A stretch of 52,032 bases of DNA from Candidatus Binataceae bacterium (GCA_024281015.1 JAMXLL010000201.1:1-52032); one strand, 5' to 3'; shown: positions 34,600 through 44,263, counted from the first letter of the stretch. A program made the numbers and translations. Notes: generated from the letters alone by a model not told the origin.

Positions 34600-35316
34600 C
34601 TATAGCATTTCAATGACCTGCAAGCTTCGCTGCCGGAAAGCGTAAAGGGCGGCTGGCCGATGATTCCCGCGGCGTTCCAGAGGCAAGCGCTTCAACAGAT
34701 TCATCGCCAGAATGCGGCGCCGGAAATTACGCCGGTCGAGCACACGTCCCAGGACGATGCCATAGAGTTCTTCGAGTTGTGCGAAGGTGAAGCTTGGCGG
34801 CAACAGGTTGCAAGCGATGTTAGTATATTCCAATTTGGACTTGAGCCGCCGCACCGCGTATGCGGCAATCTCAGCATGGTCATAGGCCAGTTCGGGCAGA
34901 TGCCCGACCTCAAACCATTGCCCGTTGGAGTATTTCGGCGAGCATGAATGGACGGCACACGTCCGATCTATAAGCGCCAGGTATGCCACTGAGACGACGT
35001 GTGCCTTCGGATCACGATTCGGATCGCCGAAGCTGCAAAGCTGTTCGAGGTAGCAGTCCTCGAGACCGGTCGATTCGCGCAATTCGCGCCGGGCGGCCTC
35101 GTCGAGCATCTCGCCATCGCGAACCAGGCCCCCCGGAAAGGCCCATTTACCTGCCGACGGCCCCCATCTCAGGCACACCAAATACGCCTTTACGCGCGCC
35201 TGATCGATCGCGAACAGCACGGTATCGACGGCCACCTTCGGCCTGGCATGGCGCCGAACCGCCACGCGACCGCGGCCAACCCCAGGTTCGGCAAGGGCGA
35301 CGTTGTCGTAACTCAT
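34600..35316 (-). CDS. nrtR: Nudix-related transcriptional regulator (NrtR-like)
   Basis: Nudix box with a degenerate EE (GGLVRDGEMLDEAARRELRESTGL). C-terminal wHTH-like FTFAQLEELYGIVLGRVLDRRNFRRRILAMNLL. Lies directly downstream of nadA. Start is ATG at 35316 or GTG at 35322. Confidence 0.72.
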   Translation of the reverse strand: MSYDNVALAEPGVGRGRVAVRRHARPKVAVDTVLFAIDQARVKAYLVCLRWGPSAGKWAFPGGLVRDGEMLDEAARRELRESTGLEDCYLEQLCSFGDPNRDPKAHVVSVAYLALIDRTCAVHSCSPKYSNGQWFEVGHLPELAYDHAEIAAYAVRRLKSKLEYTNIACNLLPPSFTFAQLEELYGIVLGRVLDRRNFRRRILAMNLLKRLPLERRGNHRPAALYAFRQRSLQVIEML

Positions 35317-35382
35317 CGTCACCGGACTCGCACTTCGAGCAGCAGCAGCTGCAAATATATCTTTGATCCGTCGCCGGCTCCT

Positions 35383-36390
35383 CTAAGAACCAAGTTGGAT
35401 CATGCGCTCCAGTGCCCGGCGCGCCCCGTCCCGCACTTCGTCTGGCATCGTGATCTCGTAGCGCAGGTTAACTAGCGCATCGCGCACCCCCGGCAGCGTT
35501 ATCATCTTCATATAGCGGCAGAGTTTGCAGGCTTTGTAAAAATGCTTCTGCGGTATCTCCATCAACAGCCGATCCGACAAGCCGCATTCGGTCACAATCA
35601 GGAACTTGTCGGCGCTGCTTTCACGTGCGTATTGCATCATTGCGCTGGTCGAAAGCACCGCGTCGGCCATCGCAATCACGTCTTTGCGGCATTCCGGATG
35701 AGCGATGACCACGAGGCCTGGGATGCCGGCCTTGGCCCGTTCTACTTCGGCCGGTGTTATTTGATGATGCACGTAGCAATTACCATCCCATGAAATTACG
35801 TTTTTGCTGGTCTGACTCTGGACATAGTTGGCCAGATTCTGGTCGGGTACGAAAAGGATGTTGTCCGAGTCCAGCCGGTTAATCACCTTGGTTGCGTTGG
35901 CCGACGTACAGCATGCGTCGGATAGCGCCTTAACGTCGGCGGTGCAATTCACGTACGAAACCACTTTCAGGTCCGGATAAAGGCGGCGCAGCTCTTCGCT
36001 ACGCTCAGCCAGCGCCTCGGCAGTGACGGAATCGGCCAGTGAGCAGCCTGCACGCATATCCGGCAGCAGTACCATCCGTTCCGGATTGAAGACTTTGGCC
36101 GTTTCAGCCATAAAGTGAACGCCGCAAAATACAATGACATCCGCGCCTTGAAGGTCCCGCGCCTTACGCGCGAGTTCGAATGAATCGCCAATAAAATCGG
36201 CGACCTCGAAAATCTCCGGGCGCTGATAGTTGTGCGCCAGCACCACTGCAGCGCGTTCCGCTTTCAATTGCAGAATTTCACCAATCATTGCAGCGTACTG
36301 ATCGCAGAGCTCGGGGCTGTAACCCGGGTTGTGCAAAACATCGAGCTTGCGATGCAGCTCGGTTCCATTAATCACCGCTTCGGTATTCAT
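35383..36390 (-). CDS. nadA: Quinolinate synthase
   Basis: NadA blocks (VLAHNYQRPEIFEVADFIGDS, FCGVHFMAETAKV, PDMRAGCSLADS, VSYVNCTADVKA, HPEC). ATG at 36390 follows AGGGAC. The ORF-track N-terminal extension to 36777 is rejected. Confidence 0.92.
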   Translation of the reverse strand: MNTEAVINGTELHRKLDVLHNPGYSPELCDQYAAMIGEILQLKAERAAVVLAHNYQRPEIFEVADFIGDSFELARKARDLQGADVIVFCGVHFMAETAKVFNPERMVLLPDMRAGCSLADSVTAEALAERSEELRRLYPDLKVVSYVNCTADVKALSDACCTSANATKVINRLDSDNILFVPDQNLANYVQSQTSKNVISWDGNCYVHHQITPAEVERAKAGIPGLVVIAHPECRKDVIAMADAVLSTSAMMQYARESSADKFLIVTECGLSDRLLMEIPQKHFYKACKLCRYMKMITLPGVRDALVNLRYEITMPDEVRDGARRALERMIQLGS

Positions 36391-36456
36391 AAACGTGTCC
36401 CTAAATCTCGGCCGCGGTCGCGATCGGGCCGCCTCACGGGTAACCCGAAGGTTTGC

Positions 36457-36467
36457 GTCAATTTGAC
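36457..36467. promoter_or_regulatory. Palindrome GTCAATTTGAC (GT-N7-AC core), candidate NrtR operator
   Basis: Perfect 5+1+5 palindrome 67 nt upstream of nadA. It overlaps -35-like hexamers on both strands (TTGACA on plus, TTGACG on minus) in the nadA / acyl-CoA dehydrogenase divergent region. Confidence 0.35.
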
Positions 36468-36622
36468 ACTTACAATAGCAGCGCTTGTGATCGAATGACA
36501 ACCTCGCGCGCCGCCGCGCGGCGCGGCATGAATTATGGCTCGTCTGCATTGTCGCGTCGTGTTTCAGGTTGATAGTCTCAGGCGTCTTCGTCTGACTTTC
36601 GATAATCGATAAGGATTCTGCC

Positions 36623-37771
36623 ATGGATGAAACATTGGACCGGGAGGTGGTTGAAGCCGTTCGCCGCTTCGTCGAGCGCGAAGTGATTCCGGTCGCAAGC
36701 GAACTGGAACATAACGACGAGTATCCGCATGGGTTGGTCGCCAAAATGAAGGAACTCGGCCTGTTCGGCGCCACCATCCCGCAGAATTACGGCGGGCTGG
36801 GCCTCAGCTTCGTAAGTTACGCCCATCTTATGACCGAGCTTTCGCGCGGCTGGATGAGCCTCGCCGGTGTCATCAATAGTCACCTGATCATGGCTTTTAT
36901 TATTGCCAATCACGGTACCGACGAGCAGAAAACCCGCTTTCTACCAGCGATGGCCACTGGTGAGAAGCGTGGTGGTCTGGCCCTTACAGAGCCGCATGCG
37001 GGGAGCGATGTTCAGTCGATCCGCACGACTGCCACCCGTACTGGCGATAATTACGTGCTGTCAGGCACCAAGATGTTCATTACCAACGCCCGATACGGCA
37101 CCATGCTCGCCGTGGCGGCCAAGACCGATAGTCGCGCGCAACCAGCATATGCTGGCATCAGCATGTTCGCCGTCGAGAAGAGCGAGCAAGGGCCAACGGT
37201 GAGCCGGCAACTTAAGAAGTTAGGTTACAAAGGTCTGGACACCTGCGAGGTCTTGTTCGAAGAACTCCCCGTGCCGGCTCGGAACCTGATCGGGAATCGC
37301 GAGGGCGAGGGCTTCAAACAGGTTATGAGCGCCCTCGAAGTAGGCCGTATCAACGTCGCCGCCCGCGCGGTTGGCGTGGGCCAAGCCGCTTTCGACAGCG
37401 CCATTCACTATGCACAGCAACGTAGCGCATTTGGCCGCCCGATCGCCCAGCACCAAGCGGTACAGTTGTTGCTGGCCGATATGGGTACGCGGCTGGAGGC
37501 GGCTAAACTACTGGTTGACAATGCCGCGCAAAAGAAAGACGCAGGCGAGCGATGCGACGTAGAAGCTGGAATGGCGAAGCTGTTCGCCTCGGAGGCCTGC
37601 GCCAAGATGACACTGGACGCGATGCGGGTGCTGGGTGGTTACGGTTACATGGCTGAATTTCCCGTCGAACGCTTCTATCGCGATGCACCGTTGATGATGA
37701 TTGGCGAGGGCACCAACGAGATCCAGGCGTTAGTAATCGCCCGAGGCTTGCTGGCCCGTAATCCGCTCTGA
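36623..37771 (+). CDS. Acyl-CoA dehydrogenase
   Basis: 382 aa. ACAD N/M/C domain pattern (LTEPHAGSD, GTKMFITNA, YRDAPLMMIGEGTNEIQ). ATG follows AAGGA. Confidence 0.92.
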   Translation: MDETLDREVVEAVRRFVEREVIPVASELEHNDEYPHGLVAKMKELGLFGATIPQNYGGLGLSFVSYAHLMTELSRGWMSLAGVINSHLIMAFIIANHGTDEQKTRFLPAMATGEKRGGLALTEPHAGSDVQSIRTTATRTGDNYVLSGTKMFITNARYGTMLAVAAKTDSRAQPAYAGISMFAVEKSEQGPTVSRQLKKLGYKGLDTCEVLFEELPVPARNLIGNREGEGFKQVMSALEVGRINVAARAVGVGQAAFDSAIHYAQQRSAFGRPIAQHQAVQLLLADMGTRLEAAKLLVDNAAQKKDAGERCDVEAGMAKLFASEACAKMTLDAMRVLGGYGYMAEFPVERFYRDAPLMMIGEGTNEIQALVIARGLLARNPL

Positions 37772-37939
37772 CATTGATGCGGCGCTGTAGCTGCGTGCGG
37801 GTTTATTCGTCGTCCTTGGTTTTGGGTAAATCTGGACGACGCACCAGTTAGTATTCAAAGTTCGCCCTGCGTCTGCCGGCTTTAAACTCCCGTCCTGGTG
37901 CCTGAAGAAACGAAGAACAAAGTGCAGGTATAGATATTC

Positions 37940-39463
37940 GTGCCACGAGGTCAGAATCCCAGAACCGGCTCCAAAGCAGAAATATATTCGGCCAGATGGG
38001 GTCAGCTAAAGCGCAACGCCCGTAATGTCTTCGGGATCGAGCACATACGGCAGGGCCAGGTCGAAGTGCTCGATGCACTGATGGCGGGCCGGCACGTGCT
38101 GGCCGTTATGCCGACCGCTTCAGGCAAGTCGCTTTGCTATCAGTTGGCAAGCTTATCCCTCCCAGGCACGACTGTGATCGTATCGCCACTCATCTCGCTG
38201 ATGAAGGATCAAGCTGACAAGCTGCGCGAGATCGGTTTGCCCGCGGCGCAAATCAACAGCACATTGACCCAACGCGAACGCGCCGAAGATTTTGATGCGC
38301 TTGAACAGCATCAGGTCGACTTCGTCTTCACCACACCGGAGCAACTCACGGATACTGAATTCCTTTCAGCGTTGCGCACGGGGGGCGTCGATTTGCTCGT
38401 AATCGACGAAGCGCATTGTATTTCCGAATGGGGCCATGACTTTCGCCCCTCGTACCTTTTGCTGCAGAACGCGATAAACGCATTAGGTAATCCGCAGGTG
38501 CTGGCATTAACCGCAACCGCTACTGAAGAGGTGACGAGAGATATCGGCCAGCAGCTGGGTTTGCCCGACATCGCCCTGGTGAACACCGGCATCTTGCGAC
38601 CCAATCTCTATTTCGAGGTGGTGCGCGCGACCAAAGACGAAGAGAAACTCACCGAAGTCGCACGCCTGCTCCGGGAGAATGACGGACCCGCGCTCATATA
38701 CTGTTCGACAATCCGCAATGTCGAGTACGCCTTCGCTTTTCTCAAGCAGATTGGCGAAAGCAGCGAACGGTATCACGGCAAGTTGAAGACAGCCGAGCGT
38801 AATCGAATCCAGGATCAATTCATGGAGGGCAAGCGCCGGGTAATCGTTGCCACCAATGCGTTTGGGATGGGCATCGATAAGCCAGACATACGCCTTGTTA
38901 TCCATTTCAATGTGCCAGCTTCGCTCGAAGAATACTACCAGGAGGCAGGCCGAGCTGGGCGCGATGGCAAAGCGGCCCGATGCATTCTGCTCTATCAGCT
39001 TACTGACCGTCGAGTTCACTCTTTTCTGATGCTTGGGCGTTATCCATCCATTGACGATATCGCCGCTGTGCATGGGGAACTGCAGCGCCTTCAGCGTCGC
39101 GAATTGTCTGTACCCCTCGATGCAATCGAGCATGGCGCCCATGTTGGGAGGCGCAAGACGCGAGTCATTCTCTCGATGCTCAAGCGGGGCGGGAAACTGC
39201 GCCAAACGCGAGGCAACCGCTTTCGACTGATTGGCGCCGATATGAGTCATGAAGATTTGAGTCAGTTGGCGGCAGACTACGAGCAACGCGCCAACTACGA
39301 TCGCTCCAAACTCGAAACAATGATGCTGTATGGCCAGATTGGCTCATGCCGGTGGAAATTCCTGATGGAGTATTTCGGCGAAGACCCCGGCTGGCAACGT
39401 TGCGGCCATTGCGATAATTGCCTCGTCCCCGCTGAGACGCGGATCGGCGTGGCACACTCTTGA
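37940..39463 (+). CDS. RecQ-family ATP-dependent DNA helicase (short form, no HRDC)
   Basis: Motif I PTASGKS, DEAH (VIDEAHCISEWGHDFRPSY), TATA, QEAGRAGRDG. The Zn-binding cluster CRWKFLMEYFGE...CGHCDNC sits at the extreme C-terminus. GTG start. Confidence 0.88.
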   Translation: MPRGQNPRTGSKAEIYSARWGQLKRNARNVFGIEHIRQGQVEVLDALMAGRHVLAVMPTASGKSLCYQLASLSLPGTTVIVSPLISLMKDQADKLREIGLPAAQINSTLTQRERAEDFDALEQHQVDFVFTTPEQLTDTEFLSALRTGGVDLLVIDEAHCISEWGHDFRPSYLLLQNAINALGNPQVLALTATATEEVTRDIGQQLGLPDIALVNTGILRPNLYFEVVRATKDEEKLTEVARLLRENDGPALIYCSTIRNVEYAFAFLKQIGESSERYHGKLKTAERNRIQDQFMEGKRRVIVATNAFGMGIDKPDIRLVIHFNVPASLEEYYQEAGRAGRDGKAARCILLYQLTDRRVHSFLMLGRYPSIDDIAAVHGELQRLQRRELSVPLDAIEHGAHVGRRKTRVILSMLKRGGKLRQTRGNRFRLIGADMSHEDLSQLAADYEQRANYDRSKLETMMLYGQIGSCRWKFLMEYFGEDPGWQRCGHCDNCLVPAETRIGVAHS

Positions 39464-39475
39464 GATCGGTTTCTA

Positions 39476-40516
39476 ATGGAATCGGCGGCCCTCCCCGATC
39501 AGCCGGACTGCCTTGAGTGCGCCCACCAATTGCTGCGCCAACGCCGCGTCAGTGAAGCTTTGCACGCCTACAACCTGGCCGAAAGCGCTGGTTGTCCCCC
39601 ACACGAATGCGCAGCTGGACGTTGGACATGTTGGATGCTGGCCGGAGATTTTGAGTCAGCGTGGCGCGAGAGCGATGCGATCGAGACAATTGGCTTATCG
39701 GACCCGAACCGCTTTTGGGACGGACAGCCATTCGAGGGCAGACGGGTGCTATTGAGAGCACTGCACGGTTATGGCGATGCGGTTCAGTTTATCAGATACG
39801 CACCGGCACTACGCCGGCGCGCAGCCCGGTTGACGGTTCAAGCCCACGCGGAATTGATGCCAATCTTACGCACTGTCGAGGGTGTGGATGAGATAATGAC
39901 GTGGCCTGACCCGCCGGCCGGGAAGCGCTGCTGGGATCAGGAGCTGGAGATAATGGAGCTGCCGCGAGCCTTTCGCACTACTCTCCAAACCATACCCAAT
40001 CGTATGCCGTATCTGTCGGTCGCACGACCGCTAATAGAGCTCAGCCGGAAGCGATTGGCCGCAACCAGCAAACCGAAAATCGGCTTGCTCTGGGCAGCCA
40101 GTCAATACGATACCTCCCGCTCACTCAGGCTGCAGGCCTTGTTACCTGTATTGGGAATGCGGGAATTTGAATTCTACTCATTTCAACGCGGCGCCGAGCG
40201 TGCCCAACTGCAAGCAATCGATAGCTCGATAAACGATACGGCCAGCCATTCCCAGAGCATAATGGATACGGCGGCCGACTTGATGAACATGGACCTGGTG
40301 ATCAGTGTTGATACCTTCGCCGCCCACCTTGCCGCCGCATTGAATCGCCGGGTCTGGCTCTTGTTACCCTACGCCGCGGACTGGCGTTGGATGATTGAAC
40401 GCCGCGACTCTCCCTGGGACCCCAGCATGAGACTTTTCCGGCAGCCGGCCCCTGGTGAATGGCAAGCTGTTATCAGCGAACTCAGAGACGAACTTGACCG
40501 GTCTATGACGCCCTGA
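39476..40516 (+). CDS. Glycosyltransferase-family-9-like domain protein (heptosyltransferase-like fold, function unknown)
   Basis: Blocks typical of the TPR/GT9-like family:
- GRRVLLRALHGYGDAVQFIRYAP
- TIPNRMPYL
- IGLLWAAS
- MDTAADLMNMDLVISVDTFAAHLAAAL
- DWRWM..R.DSPW.PSMRLFRQ
Starts 12 nt after recQ. Confidence 0.55.
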   Translation: MESAALPDQPDCLECAHQLLRQRRVSEALHAYNLAESAGCPPHECAAGRWTCWMLAGDFESAWRESDAIETIGLSDPNRFWDGQPFEGRRVLLRALHGYGDAVQFIRYAPALRRRAARLTVQAHAELMPILRTVEGVDEIMTWPDPPAGKRCWDQELEIMELPRAFRTTLQTIPNRMPYLSVARPLIELSRKRLAATSKPKIGLLWAASQYDTSRSLRLQALLPVLGMREFEFYSFQRGAERAQLQAIDSSINDTASHSQSIMDTAADLMNMDLVISVDTFAAHLAAALNRRVWLLLPYAADWRWMIERRDSPWDPSMRLFRQPAPGEWQAVISELRDELDRSMTP

Positions 40517-40538
40517 CTGATAACCGCCGGGCTCGCTG

Positions 40539-40889
40539 CTATGGGAAGCGCTCATGCGGAGAGCGCTCGGCCGGATCAACCTTGCGGGACTTCATTATCT
40601 CAAACAGGATCACATAATAAACTACTCCCAACCCGAGCAGCAGTAGCAGCCCGGCGATACCAACCCAATTTCTACCAAGCGCAAACCCGCCTACCACCAT
40701 ACCAATAGCCGGCAACGCAAATGCCGCCGCTATAAACAGCGAGTAATTGCGGAGGGTCGACATCGGTTCCTGGCGGATTTCACCCTGCGGAGCAGTGTCG
40801 TGTTTTCCCGGAGGATTTTCTATTTGATGGAGAGCCATAGCGTCATCGGAGAGAAAATCAGATTCGGTGAACGATAGTGCAGATGCCAT
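40539..40889 (-). CDS. Hypothetical 2-TM membrane protein
   Basis: Two hydrophobic helices (LFIAAAFALPAIGMVVGGFAL ; IAGLLLLLGLGVVYYVILF). No SD and the start is uncertain. Confidence 0.4.
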   Translation of the reverse strand: MASALSFTESDFLSDDAMALHQIENPPGKHDTAPQGEIRQEPMSTLRNYSLFIAAAFALPAIGMVVGGFALGRNWVGIAGLLLLLGLGVVYYVILFEIMKSRKVDPAERSPHERFP

Positions 40890-41198
40890 GCCAGTAGTTA
40901 AAAGACGCTCATTTACCCTGCAGATAAGCTAAAGGTCAGCAATGGTGTAATTTACTCCGGACCAACCCAGTGCATCACGGGCACTTACCGCACCGTCATT
41001 TCGAATTGTACAAATGCAACCGGTCGATCCCGCTCCATCAAAACAGAGACGCCCGAAAGCGGCACGTGATGTGCTCAGTTCGCGTATGTTCATGTTATTG
41101 AGCGGGTAAGCCGGAACGCCGGCCCCCACTTGCGCCATAAGTTAGGCCGCATTTCGCGGCAATGGAGTTTCAACCTGTCGTTCTCAGTATGGTTTGCC

Positions 41199-41528
41199 AT
41201 GAGCAACAACGAAGAAATACAGAGGCTCGAGTCGGAAATTGAAACCTACAAGCGTAACTTGCACGATGATGCAGTTCAGATAAATGACAAATTTGAAGAA
41301 ACAAAAGCGCAATTGAACCCTGTACACTTCGTCAGAGAGAGGCTTGGTCTATCATTAGGCCTGGCTTTGCTGTCAGGGATTGGAGCCTACTTTGTCGTCG
41401 GCCGCCGCGGCGTGAACGCTGCACCCATCAATAATGTAAATCCGGGAAAAATTGCAAAGCCTGCCGCCCAGGCCATGCTAGCGCAAGCAGCCAGGAAGCT
41501 CGCGACTCGTGCGGCCCGAGGACGATAG
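41199..41528 (+). CDS. DUF3618-like membrane-anchored coiled-coil protein
   Basis: N-terminal EEIQRLESEIETYKRNL helix, a central TM helix (LSLGLALLSGIGAYFVV) and a basic tail. ATG at 41199. Confidence 0.45.
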   Translation: MSNNEEIQRLESEIETYKRNLHDDAVQINDKFEETKAQLNPVHFVRERLGLSLGLALLSGIGAYFVVGRRGVNAAPINNVNPGKIAKPAAQAMLAQAARKLATRAARGR

Positions 41529-41544
41529 CCGGCGGATAATAACT

Positions 41545-41895
41545 ATGCGTAACACCGATGCTGACTATGCCGTATCGTCCGAAACACCTAACTGGCCTGA
41601 GTTGCTGTCAAAAACTGTGGACGATCTGTCCTCGGTTGCCAAGGCAGAAATTCGACTGCTGGAGGTCACCCTCAAGCGACTGATCGAGGCGCAGACCGAC
41701 AACATTGTCGGAATGTTGGTGTTGGTAGTCGCCCTTAGCTACGGCGCGCTATTCCTATTCGGCGGTATTGTGCTGCTGATTCATCTATGGCTCGCGTGGT
41801 GGCTCTCATTGGTTATTACCGGAATCGCGATCACATGCGCGGGAGCCGGTTTCGCCATCAGCATGAGAGCTGCGGCTAAAGCCAAGAGCTCCTGA
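41545..41895 (+). CDS. Holin-X (phage holin superfamily III)-like 2-TM protein
   Basis: AKAEIRLLEVTLKRLIEAQT followed by two TM helices, about 116 aa. Confidence 0.55.
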   Translation: MRNTDADYAVSSETPNWPELLSKTVDDLSSVAKAEIRLLEVTLKRLIEAQTDNIVGMLVLVVALSYGALFLFGGIVLLIHLWLAWWLSLVITGIAITCAGAGFAISMRAAAKAKSS

Positions 41896-41917
41896 CCGCG
41901 ACTCTCGATACAGGCAA

Positions 41918-42883
41918 ATGGATCAGCCCCCGCAGACAGATGGCCGGGGTCATAGTGCTGCCGCGCCATCACAGATCCCGAAGGCTGGGTGGTGGAGTAT
42001 TCTTAAGAGGGTTTACGGTTCACTGAGCTCAAAGAATATTTCCATTCTCGCCGCCGGGGTGGCGTTTTATGCGATGCTGTCGATTTTTCCGGCGCTCGCA
42101 GCGGTAATTGCTATTTACGGGCTGCTCGCCGATCCCGGGACCGTTCAACATGAAATAAATGCCATCCACGGTATCATTCCGGGTGAAGCTCAGAAGCTCA
42201 TCGAGACCTATTTGAAGTCGCTCATCACCACCAGCACATCCAAACTCGGCGTGGGCCTGGTAGTGAGCGTGTTCATAGCGTTGTGGAGCGCGCGGTCTGG
42301 GATCGTTGCTCTGATCGAAGCGCTCAACATTGCGTATGAAGAGAATGAAAAGCGAGGAATAGTCCGCTTCCAGGTCGTCGCCCTGGCGATGACAATAGCA
42401 GCCATCGTGTTTGCATTCATCGCCTTGACGCTGATCGCCATAGTCCCACAGGCGATGCACTTTCTGGCGATTAGCGAGACTCTGAAGGTCCTTGGGTTCG
42501 TGATCCCGTGGTTGGTCCTGGTTATCTTGGTGTCGGCCGGGCTGGCAGCCGCATATCGCTACCTGCCCTCACGGGAAGATGCCAAGTGGCGTTGGGTCAG
42601 CTGGGGCGGTGCCGCAGCCACCATATTGTGGATGCTCGCCTCGGCTGGGTTTTCGGTCTACGTTGCGAAATTCGGCAACTACGACAAGAGCTTCGGTTCA
42701 CTCGGCGCCGTCGTTGTGCTGCTGACATGGCTATACTTATCGGCGTATGTAGTGCTGGCCGGTGCTTGCCTCAACGCGGAGATGGAACGTCAAACCGCAC
42801 GCGATACCACTACTGGGGCGGAAGAGCCAATGGGTCAGCGCGGCGCAAGAATGGCGGATACAGTGGCCGACGGACCACCGTAG
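41918..42883 (+). CDS. YihY/BrkB-family inner-membrane protein
   Basis: Characteristic ILAAGVAFYAMLSIFPALAAVIAIYGL, six TM helices, and GSLGAVVVLLTWLYLSAYVVLAGACLNAE. Confidence 0.85.
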   Translation: MDQPPQTDGRGHSAAAPSQIPKAGWWSILKRVYGSLSSKNISILAAGVAFYAMLSIFPALAAVIAIYGLLADPGTVQHEINAIHGIIPGEAQKLIETYLKSLITTSTSKLGVGLVVSVFIALWSARSGIVALIEALNIAYEENEKRGIVRFQVVALAMTIAAIVFAFIALTLIAIVPQAMHFLAISETLKVLGFVIPWLVLVILVSAGLAAAYRYLPSREDAKWRWVSWGGAAATILWMLASAGFSVYVAKFGNYDKSFGSLGAVVVLLTWLYLSAYVVLAGACLNAEMERQTARDTTTGAEEPMGQRGARMADTVADGPP

Positions 42884-43315
42884 TTTCCTGGTGCGGCCCA
42901 TTTTCCGACGTATGAATCGGGCACTTGGATATATACCGGAGGCCCAGTCTCATGAGTCATCGATATTTCCGTTGATACGGTTTTCAGCCGGTGCCACATC
43001 CGTCGTATCTCAGCCTGAAAATGGCGCGTATAATTGAGCTATCTGGGAGGGTGTTGGGGTGGCCGCTGGGTACCTCATGAGCCGCAGTCCATTTGCAGAG
43101 TGGCTGACGAATAATGCCTAATTGTGCCCAAAAAAGACACATGTGCGTTACGCGAGCGGCTTTTTGCCTCTTTGTGTGTTCAGAACTAAGGCAATTTTCG
43201 CATTCGCGTGTGTTAAATCGATGTTTCCTGCATTATTTAGCTTGGCCCTCCTAATGCATGCCTCAGTTGTTAGTGCTCGACGAATACTTTCACAAAATCG
43301 GAAGGGGGGCGAACG

Positions 43316-43507
43316 ATGGAGCAGCAAGAACCAGTACCGGTAGTGGAAATCCGGCGCGATTGGCGACTCGACCGCTGGGTTTATGTTGGCCTCGGGGCGC
43401 ACAGCCCGGAAATTCCATTCCTGGCCGAGGCGGACGCCCAAGTAGTGGTCTCCTACCTCAAAACCAAAGCTAATGGCCGTCTGCAGGTGAAGGTAGATTT
43501 GAGTTAA
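43316..43507 (+). CDS. Hypothetical small protein (63 aa)
   Basis: ATG preceded by GGAAGGGGGG with 6-nt spacing. No recognised family. Confidence 0.45.
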   Translation: MEQQEPVPVVEIRRDWRLDRWVYVGLGAHSPEIPFLAEADAQVVVSYLKTKANGRLQVKVDLS

Positions 43508-43854
43508 TCGTGTAACGAGGCTCACAAGCTCACGATTGCCAGCCGCTTCCTCCAAGCGAACAGGGTGACAGCCTCCAAGGGGTTTGCCACTTCGTCCAGC
43601 GGAAGTCCTTTGCCTCAACGTTGCGCTCCTCCTCAGCAGCTTGCGTGGGTGCCCCCCCAAGGGAACAAGGAATCCTGAGCTGGCTGCCGCCCAGTCGAGA
43701 CGGAAGCGCAGGATTAGCGACGAGCATTTCGTAAACATGTCAGGCCTCCGGATTGATGACGCTCTGCTAGGAGAGTTGTCTCCCGCTAACATCGCTAACA
43801 ACTAGTCATGCCGACCATGTCGATCTCGCAATCGTCTTCGACGGGGGGGAGTCT

Positions 43855-44082
43855 GTGAAATATTCTCGCGAGCCGCTCGACTGCCGCCACGAAGTGGGCG
43901 GCGGAGCCCCGGTCATTTATCACGTAACTGAATATCGTGACGATAAACCCATCGCTTATTGGTGCGTCGATTCCACCAGGTTACGGGAGCTAGGCCGGCC
44001 GGACGACCGCATGCGCTTCTATCCAGATGCACCGAATGAACTGGGGGCCTGGCCGGTAGGCTGGTTCCAGTCAGATAAATGA
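43855..44082 (+). CDS. Hypothetical small protein (75 aa)
   Basis: GTG preceded by GGGGGGAG. No recognised family. Confidence 0.4.
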   Translation: MKYSREPLDCRHEVGGGAPVIYHVTEYRDDKPIAYWCVDSTRLRELGRPDDRMRFYPDAPNELGAWPVGWFQSDK

Positions 44083-44263
44083 GAATGCGTGCCGGCCCAT
44101 CGCCAGGTGCGATCCGCCGCTTCTTCTCTTAAGCCGCCGAAAAACCGCTCGATTCTACGCTGGCAAGCGATTCAGCACATTTCGCTTACCAGCATGCCGT
44201 TGTAGCCATAAATTGATTTGACGCTGGCAATGATGGTGCGTGGTGTGGTTACGATGGGGCAAC

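Noticed and set aside
36391-36777. N-terminal 129-aa extension of the nadA ORF
   Set aside because: The translation is Ser/Arg-rich and not NadA-like, and it would run through the divergent promoter region. ATG at 36390 gives a normal NadA of about 335 aa.
38507-39286. 259-aa minus-strand ORF
   Set aside because: Antisense to the RecQ-family gene, which has all the helicase motifs.
40929-41138. 69-aa minus-strand ORF (…CFDGAGSTGCICTIRNDG…)
   Set aside because: No SD at either candidate start. Third-position GC is well below that of confident genes. No recognisable family. Left uncalled.
43254-43263. 10-mer ATGCATGCCT shared with 49497-49506 as possible island-flanking direct repeats
   Set aside because: By my rough estimate (order of 1,000 pairs), 10-mer repeats like this are expected by chance in a 52-kb window. 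There is no integrase or tRNA nearby.
43148-43801. 217-aa minus-strand ORF in the gene-poor stretch
   Set aside because: No SD. The translation is Arg/Ser/Leu-rich and not protein-like. It is antisense to the SD-led 63-aa ORF at 43316-43507.
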